From a virus (lineage: Duplodnaviria; Caudoviricetes), in IMG/VR virus record IMGVR_UViG_3300042561_002102: a stretch of 64,000 nucleotides of DNA. The stretch is one strand, 5' to 3'. Positions 18,783-26,900 of the stretch are shown here, one piece after another (positions within the stretch are counted from its first letter, which is position 1; each line of letters opens with the position of its first letter). The notes under the pieces were generated by a model. It worked only from the letters and a program-made list of their open reading frames with translations, was not told the origin of the DNA and ran no database searches. The translations under genes were made by a program, and so were the position numbers.

Positions 18783-19391
18783 ATGAAGTATATCCAGGAT
18801 TATAAGTTATTTGAGAGTCGTGATGGTTTAACGGATGAGCAGAGGAAGTTTTTAGATAGGATTGCTCCTGGTAGGTGGTCGGTGAATAGTGAAGGACTTG
18901 TTGATATCAAGGGAAGTTTTTATTGTTATAGACAAAGACTTGAAGATTTCTTAGGTATTAGGTTTGGAAAGGTGAGTGGAGGTTTTTATTGTTGGGGTAA
19001 CCAACTGAGAACTCTTGAAGGATCACCTAGGGAGGTTGGTGAAGATTTTAATTGTGCTAATAATCTACTGATATCCCTAGAGGGAGCACCTGAAGTTATA
19101 AAGCATGAATTCTGGTTCATGAATAGCAGTTTCAGATATAACTTACGATCATTCCTTAGAAAAATGCCCCAAATCAAACCAGATGAAATATCACTCCTAC
19201 TTACCCATCATTTCTTCACACCTGAAGTCATAAAAAAACAAATCGACCAAAATCCTGATTTTCCATATTACGTAAGTCTTGCCTGGAATACCGAGGGGTT
19301 CAAAAAAACACAAGAGGAGCTAAAAAAGATTTTACCCCAGAATATAGTTGTAAAGATAGACGACTTATGGTCTATTGGTGGATATCTTTAG
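18783..19391 (+). CDS. LRR-array paralogue B8 (202 aa)
   Basis: Last copy; ends in TAG and is not followed by TAATATATA. Confidence 0.92.
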   Translation: MKYIQDYKLFESRDGLTDEQRKFLDRIAPGRWSVNSEGLVDIKGSFYCYRQRLEDFLGIRFGKVSGGFYCWGNQLRTLEGSPREVGEDFNCANNLLISLEGAPEVIKHEFWFMNSSFRYNLRSFLRKMPQIKPDEISLLLTHHFFTPEVIKKQIDQNPDFPYYVSLAWNTEGFKKTQEELKKILPQNIVVKIDDLWSIGGYL

Positions 19392-19516
19392 CAGATATCA
19401 CAGATTTCAAAGGTTTTATTTTTTTGAGCAATCAGATACAAATACGAACCGGGTAAAATCGATACACTGGCCTAGAAAAAAAACCTCTTTATTTTCCAAA
19501 ATGAGTAATTATTCCG

Positions 19517-19684
19517 TATCTTTGCTACGTAGTTAAAATCTACGGGCGGGGTATAGAGGTTATACCGGGAGAGTAGACTCCAACCTGCTCTATATTTTAT
19601 CAAAAACATCCCAGGTTGGAGTCTACTCTCCCGCTACTCCCAAGAGTAGTCAGCCCCCTACCAGGTCATCTAACCTGAAATAGT
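19517..19684 (+). ncRNA. Structured repeat copy 1 (candidate ncRNA)
   Basis: Begins at TATCTTTG promoter motif; five hairpins including a perfect 21-bp stem; no ORF. Confidence 0.55.
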
Positions 19685-19708
19685 GGTGTAAATATACAAA
19701 TAATTATT

Positions 19709-21757
19709 TCATTTTTCATCTCTAAAACTAGAAAATCTTTTTATCTTATGTCCTATAGATTTTAGTAAAGAAGATTTATATCTTTTATTTTCAATTCCCC
19801 ATTTATCTGCTTCATTATTTAGTATATGTGAGGGGTATCCCTTTTGGTTTAATTTATCAAATAACTCCACAATTTGATCACGACTCAAAATCGATACCAA
19901 GGATACTCTAACAGTATTGTTTTCTATCAACTCCTCTGTCGATAATCTCTGTGCTAAATTATCTATAAATTGGGGTAGAACTTTAGATGCCCATTCTTTT
20001 ATCCCCGTCGTTCTTGAGTATAAAATATCTAAGAAATTTAAAAATTCTATTCTTCCACTAGATTTTATTATCCAATTAATTTTTTTTCCTATACCTGAAT
20101 CCATATCAAACCTGCACATATATTCACAAAGAACTCCCAACTTATTTTTGAAATAAAACTCGAACGAATTATCAAAATATAGTCTATGGTTTTTTTTCAA
20201 TCCCTGTAATGGTATTTCTAAATTAAACGACCACACAGACTCATCCAGTTTTCTTTCAATAGTCCACCCACCGGATGGGTTAAAATATTCATCCGATAGA
20301 CTCCACTGTAAAGCTTTATCAAATAAAATAAAAGTATCTATTGATAAACCCTCATCAAGGGATAAAGCCATAGACTCTATTATATCTTTTGAATCTGTTT
20401 CACCGCGGAAAATTCCTTCGAGTAAATACCACAAATCCCATAAACCAAAAAATTTTTTGAATTTTTGTAAAATTTTTACATAATATTTTTTATCTGAAAA
20501 TAAGATATAACTAGACAATCTCGGGCTCATTATTCCTTCGCCATTTTCTACCTTAATTTGGACATGTTTAGATAAAATTTGAAAAATAATTTCATCTCTA
20601 TCAAAATTTTTGTAATCTCTTGTTTTTTTATCGAAAATACTATTTACTCTGGTAAAAAGTTTTTCGGCTGTATCATAGTCTAGAGTTTTTGTTTTTTTCA
20701 AAAAATACAAAATATCTGATATATCTGCATTACCTAAATAATGGTAAATACCCACCTTTTCATCTACTATCTTACAATTAAATGGTTCTCTTGATCCTTT
20801 TACATGGTCATAGAGTCTAAAACACAAATATTCCGGATATCTTTGCCATTCCTCTCTATTAGATAAAAATCCACCAGAGGTATTTAATTTCACGCTGAAT
20901 TTTCCCATATCCCAATTTTCATATGGAAAGTATAAATAACTAAAGGTATCCACAAATGGGTAAAGAGTAAAGTCTAGGTATCTGAGTTTTAGTTTTATAT
21001 CTACATTAGAGATCCAATTCTCATTGTTTTGTTTTATAACATATTTTTTACCAGGAAATTTACTCTCTATAAACTTTTCTATACCGCCAATTTTTTTTAT
21101 GGGTTCATCATTAGAATAAATTCTATCTACAAAATAATCTACACCACCCTGACCATCAAGTTTCCAGACCAGAGCTCTTGTGGATGCCTTACCCTCGTCT
21201 AAACGGACCAAAAGAGATATAACATCTGAATTTTTTGTATAAAGATTAAAGGTATTTGGATCTTTATCTCTCATGCAACTTTTGTAGAGTGTTGTTCCCT
21301 CAACTATATTTGTGTTGTTGATATCATAATATTTTGCAATGTCATCACCACTTACTAATTGATATTCATCTTGGTGGGAATCTTTCAATTTACCCCCAAT
21401 AAAATTTACAAAATCACCAAACTCACCCTGATCTATAATAATTTCGGGCTCGATAGATACTAAAATTTTTTGAAGAGCTTTTCCTAGTTTTATCTCTTGC
21501 TGTTTACCTCTATATTCTTGGAATATTTTTCCAGAATCATAATATAAATATTCTATCTCATTATTTGGATAATCAACCTCTGACCTGGCCGCTGATAGAA
21601 TTAAGTTTGCCCATTTTACCCACTCTTCTCTAGAAGAGGAACTTATCAAATTTTTTAATACATCTAAAATAGTAGAAGAAATATCAATTTTACTCTCATT
21701 TAAAAACTCTTTGCTAGATTCATGAACAAATGTTCTAAATAATTTAATCAATTTCAT
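19709..21757 (-). CDS. Large phage protein, SCM..RALVW..DRIY family
   Basis: Motifs shared with 42903-44192; TAATATATA upstream; MKLIKLFRTFVHE start. Confidence 0.75.
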   Translation of the reverse strand: MKLIKLFRTFVHESSKEFLNESKIDISSTILDVLKNLISSSSREEWVKWANLILSAARSEVDYPNNEIEYLYYDSGKIFQEYRGKQQEIKLGKALQKILVSIEPEIIIDQGEFGDFVNFIGGKLKDSHQDEYQLVSGDDIAKYYDINNTNIVEGTTLYKSCMRDKDPNTFNLYTKNSDVISLLVRLDEGKASTRALVWKLDGQGGVDYFVDRIYSNDEPIKKIGGIEKFIESKFPGKKYVIKQNNENWISNVDIKLKLRYLDFTLYPFVDTFSYLYFPYENWDMGKFSVKLNTSGGFLSNREEWQRYPEYLCFRLYDHVKGSREPFNCKIVDEKVGIYHYLGNADISDILYFLKKTKTLDYDTAEKLFTRVNSIFDKKTRDYKNFDRDEIIFQILSKHVQIKVENGEGIMSPRLSSYILFSDKKYYVKILQKFKKFFGLWDLWYLLEGIFRGETDSKDIIESMALSLDEGLSIDTFILFDKALQWSLSDEYFNPSGGWTIERKLDESVWSFNLEIPLQGLKKNHRLYFDNSFEFYFKNKLGVLCEYMCRFDMDSGIGKKINWIIKSSGRIEFLNFLDILYSRTTGIKEWASKVLPQFIDNLAQRLSTEELIENNTVRVSLVSILSRDQIVELFDKLNQKGYPSHILNNEADKWGIENKRYKSSLLKSIGHKIKRFSSFRDEK

Positions 21758-21814
21758 AAAGTTATATATTAAAAAAAGTAACTTTTTTACACATTCCAAA
21801 ATAACTTACTAAAA

Positions 21815-21823
21815 TGTGGATAA
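21815..21823 (-). promoter_or_regulatory. DnaA-box consensus (TGTGGATAA on plus strand)
   Basis: Perfect match to TTATCCACA; an inverted partner lies at 22062-22070. Confidence 0.45.
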
Positions 21824-21852
21824 TTTAGTTTGTAAAAATAGAATATAGTTCG

Positions 21853-22032
21853 TATCTTTGCTACGTAGTTAAAATCTACGGGCGGGGTATAGAGGTTATA
21901 CCGGGAGAGTATACTCCAACCTGCTCTGAATTTTATATAAAATGGTGTAGGTTGGAGTATACTCTCCCGCCACATCAGAATGTAGTCAACCCACTATCAA
22001 GGAATACGCCTTGAAATAGTTATACAAAGATA
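21853..22032 (+). ncRNA. Structured repeat copy 2 (candidate ncRNA)
   Basis: Homologous to copy 1 with compensatory stem changes; convergent TATCTTTG at 22025-22032 on the minus strand. Confidence 0.55.
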
Positions 22033-22061
22033 CAAAGTAATCTCGAATGGAAAAAATAAAC

Positions 22062-22070
22062 TTATCCACA
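22062..22070 (+). promoter_or_regulatory. DnaA-box consensus TTATCCACA
   Basis: Perfect 9-mer. Confidence 0.45.
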
Positions 22071-22276
22071 TTTTACCTCTTTCAAATATTCCTGAATCAA
22101 GTATTGAATCAATCGAGATTTATTAAGATTCATTCTTTGAATGTGATCTAGAAATTCTTTTCTTACTTCTTTTTCAATTGTAAAATACTCTTTTTCTCTA
22201 GAGGGTCTCATAGGTATGATATTTATTTTTACAGAAAAACAAACCTTCTCTTTTTATTTATAAAGAAAAAACAAGT

Positions 22277-23143
22277 ATGAAATTAGATCCTCTTTACAAA
22301 TGGACAGGTGGAAAAAGAAAAGAAATTAAAACATTTTCTCCCTGGTACCCCGACTTTGTATCTGGTGGTGATTATACATATGTAGAACCTTTTTTCGGTG
22401 GTGGTGCGGTTTATTGGTCCTTGAATGCACCAAGAAATATAATTAACGATGTAGATTTAGAACTCATTAATTTTTTAGAGCAAATGAAGTGTAATCCCGA
22501 CACTATTGTGAAAGGGGTAAATGAACTCGGTGAAAAATTATCTCAAATCTCAAAAAGGGAAAAGAAAAAGGAAATATCTATATCCTTGGCAAAAGAGCTC
22601 AGAGGAGAATTCTATTATCCACTCAGAAACTTAGATAGAAAAGATGGTCTTTCAAGTCTATCTCCCAGTGATAGAGCTTTTCGTTTTTATGTTGTAAATC
22701 AACTAGCATTTAACGGGATGAGAAGATTTAATTCTCGTGGTGAGTTTAATGTTCCCTATGGTAATTATAGAACAATTTCACTTAATTTTACGCAAGAACA
22801 TTTTGATCTCTTACAGAGAACTCGTATTTCTAGTGGTAATTATCTTGAAGTGGTACAAAGAGAAGATAAAAAAAATACCTTTATCTATCTCGATCCACCC
22901 TATACTAGAGAATTCAATGAATATTCACATGGACATGAATTTGGTCCGAAAGAGCAGATAGAGTTAAGAGATGCTATTGTAGGTATAAAAAACGCCAAGG
23001 TCATGCTCATAATCAACTCAGATGATTTTACGAGGTCTCTCTACCAAGATATGATAGTTCATAAATACGGACTGAAGTATTCTACCAATATCAAAAATAG
23101 ATTTGATAATGGAGTAGAGCATCTTGTTGTTTGTAATTATTAA
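22277..23143 (+). CDS. dam: Dam-family N6-adenine DNA methyltransferase
   Basis: KWTGGK, EPFFGGGAV, FNVPYG and YLDPPY motifs; the target sequence cannot be determined from motifs. Confidence 0.9.
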   Translation: MKLDPLYKWTGGKRKEIKTFSPWYPDFVSGGDYTYVEPFFGGGAVYWSLNAPRNIINDVDLELINFLEQMKCNPDTIVKGVNELGEKLSQISKREKKKEISISLAKELRGEFYYPLRNLDRKDGLSSLSPSDRAFRFYVVNQLAFNGMRRFNSRGEFNVPYGNYRTISLNFTQEHFDLLQRTRISSGNYLEVVQREDKKNTFIYLDPPYTREFNEYSHGHEFGPKEQIELRDAIVGIKNAKVMLIINSDDFTRSLYQDMIVHKYGLKYSTNIKNRFDNGVEHLVVCNY

Positions 23144-23252
23144 CTCTGAACCAGGGTTCTTCCGAAATCTTTCATTAGTGTGTATAATCATATGGTGTAT
23201 ATTGATTTTTGGTGCCTAAAATACAATTTTCAGATATTCATATATATGGAAT

Positions 23253-23807
23253 ATGAAAGATTTTAGAAGAAGGTTCATATTAACTACGTTAGGGGAATAT
23301 CTTTATGAAAATATTGAGTTTTTGTTAGATAAAGAAAGTGACGAATATAACCATATCTCTAATGATTATGGGATTCAGGACATAACTAAAGTTCATTCCC
23401 ATATTCTTGAGTTTTCTAAAGAGGCGATCGAAACTTTTAGAGATAAAGTTGATTTATTCAAGGATATTAGAATAGTATTCGTTGATAATATTGGTCGTGG
23501 TGCCCTGGGTAGATTTAGGAGTGGTACAAGTTCATCCACACCAATAGTTCTCCTATCAGAAAAAGACATACAAGACGGTTCAAAAAAATACAATGTCCCA
23601 CTACGGGTTGCTGTTGAAACAACAATATTTCACGAACTTGGACATGCTATATGTGAATTAGAATATGATGTTTTTGATCACAAATATCTCGAATATAGTG
23701 ATGAAGAGGAATGGGTTGAAAATTTTGCTTATGATTTAAGTAACTACGGCTATATACCACAAGATTTAGAAAACTTTATTGAGAAGTTTAAAAAGCAAAT
23801 ACCCTAA
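23253..23807 (+). CDS. HExxH zinc metallopeptidase-like protein
   Basis: TIFHELGHA...EEWVE motif. Confidence 0.65.
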   Translation: MKDFRRRFILTTLGEYLYENIEFLLDKESDEYNHISNDYGIQDITKVHSHILEFSKEAIETFRDKVDLFKDIRIVFVDNIGRGALGRFRSGTSSSTPIVLLSEKDIQDGSKKYNVPLRVAVETTIFHELGHAICELEYDVFDHKYLEYSDEEEWVENFAYDLSNYGYIPQDLENFIEKFKKQIP

Positions 23808-24171
23808 AGAAAAAGTGGATAACTTCGTTTGTTGGTGTGGTAATTATTTCATATCTTTGCTACGTAGTTAAAATCTACGGGCGGGGTATAGAGGTTATAC
23901 CGGGAGAGTATACTCCAGCCTGCTCTGGATTTTATATAAAATGGTGTAGGTTGGAGTCTACTCTCCCGCTACATCCGGATGTAGTCAGCCCCCTACCAAG
24001 GAATACGCCCTGAAATAGTTATACAAAGATACGAAGTAATCTCAAATAAAAAAGGTAAAGTTATCCACACACATATCAAGAATAAAAAACAATTACCAGG
24101 TTCAATTTTTATCGGGGTTAGATCTATTGAAATATTCAAATACCACAAGATTTAGAAAACTTTATTGAGAA
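23754..24171. repeat. 32-bp direct repeat pair flanking structured repeat copy 3
   Basis: ATACCACAAGATTTAGAAAACTTTATTGAGAA at 23754-23785 and 24140-24171. Confidence 0.9.
23852..24031 (+). ncRNA. Structured repeat copy 3 (mosaic of copies 1 and 2)
   Basis: Same layout; convergent CAAAGATA; TTATCCACA at 24061-24069. Confidence 0.55.
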
Positions 24172-24255
24172 AATATCCGAAAGAAAGGGGTGATAAAATA
24201 GATCCGTGAAATTTTTTCAAGATTTCATGTGGGTGTGGATATATAGATTTCGTCG

Positions 24256-25764
24256 TTATTTGTTCAATCCTGTCAAGACATAATATTCCGTTAATCCCTT
24301 TCTGTTAAACAAATCTTCTTGTTTTCTTGAAGAGACTAAAAGGCTATCTATTTCACCTTCGGGTTCATCCCATAGAGGATGATTGAATAATCGTGTTAGG
24401 CAGCACCTGATTCTATCTTTTTGATCCTGGTTCATTGTATCACGATAAAGTAATTTGTTTCTGTCTTCACTTGTGATGAAGTTGAATGCCGTTCCTAAAA
24501 TACTTTTCAAATATGGTGTCCAGGTTAAAACAGCCCCTTTATGCCAAATACGTCTTGCTTTCAGCTCTGGTGGAGTTAAAGATTTTCCACGAATCTTTTG
24601 AACCCAATTATTCAGATGTCCACATTCTACTAATAAAGATGCGATCTCTTTGAAGTTTTCAAGTTCAGAGTCTCTATAGTCGCCTTGTGATTTAAAATTT
24701 GCTGTTGATGGTTCAAGGAATAATGTATTCGGAAATACTGCTGTTTTCAAAAGATCAATTGATAAAGCATAACCCGCATCTTTTGATGCTATAGCTGTAA
24801 AGGGTTTCAAATCAGAAAGCTCTACAGCATTTGTAATTATAAGACTCTTGAGCATTTCTTTTGCATTAGCACGATTTTGCCCCTTTTCAGCAACCAGGAA
24901 ACTTATGAAATTTTCTTCAGAATGCTTATCAACTGGTTTTTTTTCTGTAAATTCCTGGAGCATTTCCTTGTAAATAACAGATAATCGGTCTAGTAATGTT
25001 GAAGTGTAAAAAGGTATTTGTTTGTGTTTCGAATGAGCATCAAGGTTTGTAATCATTAAGTCATCAAATAGTTTCTTTGCTCTATCTGATTGGAATGGAG
25101 ATAAGTATGCCTTAATATCAACTTCTGTCGTGTTATTTAATACTTGTCCTGCAAGTTTGTGTTGACCATCAAAAAGTTTGAGTTTGCTGTCAATAATTCT
25201 TGCAATACAAGGTGCTAATTGTGGATGATCTTTTAAATGATCACGAAGCGATATTAATCTTTTATAATCAATTACTCTCGGTTGTAATCCTTCTTGGTCG
25301 TCATTTTCCAACCATTTCACAGGAATTCGTCCATAAAAATAATTAACACCCAAAATTTCATCAAATAGCATTGTGAAAGTTCTACTTTCTGCCCCATCGT
25401 CTATTGTAATTGTATCGTTCCCAACTGAAATATGAAAAGCTTTTTGTGAAATATCTTTAAGTTCAAAAATGTCTTGAAGTTTTATTTTGTTCTTCTTTTC
25501 GTTGAATAGTTTTTCAAGTTTAAGATTGTCCCTTACTTCATAGAGCGATTGGTCCGATTTACGTCTGTTGTAATCTTTTTTAACAATACGAATGTTCGAA
25601 ATCTCACTATCACCATGTTTAGAAAATGGTAAAATGTGGTCATATTCTATAACGTCTGTATCACCAATTACTTCTCCTGAAATAAAACATCTTAAAGATC
25701 CGTCTTTTTCGAGTTGTTGCTCTCTTACTTTTTCTTTTTCTGTATCTGAAATTTGTCTTTTCAT
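24256..25764 (-). CDS. HNH endonuclease fused to DGQH(R)/ParB-like domain
   Basis: N-terminal C..SG..EYDHILPFSKHG..NIRIV..YNRRKS; central LFDGQHKL; host-type promoter TATATTTG upstream. Confidence 0.75.
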   Translation of the reverse strand: MKRQISDTEKEKVREQQLEKDGSLRCFISGEVIGDTDVIEYDHILPFSKHGDSEISNIRIVKKDYNRRKSDQSLYEVRDNLKLEKLFNEKKNKIKLQDIFELKDISQKAFHISVGNDTITIDDGAESRTFTMLFDEILGVNYFYGRIPVKWLENDDQEGLQPRVIDYKRLISLRDHLKDHPQLAPCIARIIDSKLKLFDGQHKLAGQVLNNTTEVDIKAYLSPFQSDRAKKLFDDLMITNLDAHSKHKQIPFYTSTLLDRLSVIYKEMLQEFTEKKPVDKHSEENFISFLVAEKGQNRANAKEMLKSLIITNAVELSDLKPFTAIASKDAGYALSIDLLKTAVFPNTLFLEPSTANFKSQGDYRDSELENFKEIASLLVECGHLNNWVQKIRGKSLTPPELKARRIWHKGAVLTWTPYLKSILGTAFNFITSEDRNKLLYRDTMNQDQKDRIRCCLTRLFNHPLWDEPEGEIDSLLVSSRKQEDLFNRKGLTEYYVLTGLNK

Positions 25765-25858
25765 ATTATTTTTTTGGTATGCAAATATAACCCATGTTCC
25801 AAATATTTTGAGAAAAATATATCCACTTAGTTTTTGTGGATAACTTCCTCTTTTTTAA

Positions 25859-26605
25859 TCACCACGTCCAAATACCAGACAAGCTATAATACCCACGCCA
25901 TCCGAACTCTCTCATATTTAAAAATAACTCCTTACTTCTAACTAGTTTGTAGAGTTTGTTCTTTTTAGTCTTTACTACCGTTGTATCCATCATACCTTGA
26001 ATAAATAAAGCTTTACAACTATGTGGTATCTCGGGGAAAGAAAAAAACTTACTCTCACGTCTAAAACCCAAATCAACCAATCTATCGACTAAATGTTTTG
26101 AACTAGGTCTGATTTCCCAGTGAGGGTTTTTTCGCTTGATAGGATATTCAGAAGAAAGAGCTGAAGAAATCATTTCTATGATGATTTTATCTTTGTGTCT
26201 AAATAATATCTTATTTTCACATGCGTTGAGCATCTGTCCTACAGAAAAAATAACTCCAAGTATATAAGCGTTGTCAGATGTGATTTCATCAAAGTAGTGT
26301 TCATTTATCTTAAACTTTCTTCGATAACACGTTTTTGAGCACCATATTTGATTTGGATAATAAGTAGAGAAATGTTTTTGACAGCTCGGACAAAGTTTAG
26401 TTCTTTTAGTTCTTTTCTTACCAAACTTCTGAGCAAACTTATCTCTACACTTAATAGAACAAAACTTAGGATTTTCAGTTTTTTTTCTACAAACAGGACA
26501 GGTAGTTCTTTTCAGTTCTGATTTTTTGAAAAGACCATAGCATAAGATAGAGCAATATATTTTGTTATTGGTAAGTTCACCACAAACTTTACAAGGCTGT
26601 TTCAA
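25859..26605 (-). CDS. Zinc-finger repeat + degenerate LAGLIDADG-like protein
   Basis: Three CxxC..CSxxC repeats; AYILGVIFSVG and FIQGMMD resemble LAGLIDADG helices but lack a clean catalytic motif. Confidence 0.55.
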   Translation of the reverse strand: MKQPCKVCGELTNNKIYCSILCYGLFKKSELKRTTCPVCRKKTENPKFCSIKCRDKFAQKFGKKRTKRTKLCPSCQKHFSTYYPNQIWCSKTCYRRKFKINEHYFDEITSDNAYILGVIFSVGQMLNACENKILFRHKDKIIIEMISSALSSEYPIKRKNPHWEIRPSSKHLVDRLVDLGFRRESKFFSFPEIPHSCKALFIQGMMDTTVVKTKKNKLYKLVRSKELFLNMREFGWRGYYSLSGIWTW

Positions 26606-26900
26606 GATAGAATATAAGTTTCTACTATAAATCCACCATCATAATACCTCAATATTTCCCAGATAATGGATTTTCCATATATATGAAAATCTTCCCCTTC
26701 ATATCAGCCCCCAATATAAATCATTACCATTTCCAAAAAAAATAACACCACTCATATCTCTTGACCCTACAGGATAACTCATTATTTAGCTGATCCAAAG
26801 TAGTGAAATTTCTTAAAAAGATATAAAGGGATAAAATCTTTCCTAGGTAAAACAGGTGTTGATATAAAAATAATAACATTTATTTCCATATATACTCTAT

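Noticed and set aside
370-19177. Opposite-strand ORFs inside the arrays (e.g. 2270-2473, 2952-3203, 14149-14400, 15384-15767) and the MVYWWIS extensions
   Set aside because: Shadow frames of the repeated genes. The extensions run through the previous gene's stop and the promoter motif.
1-19391. Diversity-generating retroelement behind the LRR variation
   Set aside because: No reverse transcriptase or non-coding template repeat in the window. Variants recur as a finite allele set and include non-adenine differences (tgg/tat/ctt). An RT elsewhere in the genome is not excluded.
19517-24031. CRISPR array, tRNA or retron msr-msd for the triple repeat
   Set aside because: Spacing is kilobases with genes in between; there is no T-loop or anticodon consensus; no RT or cas gene is adjacent.
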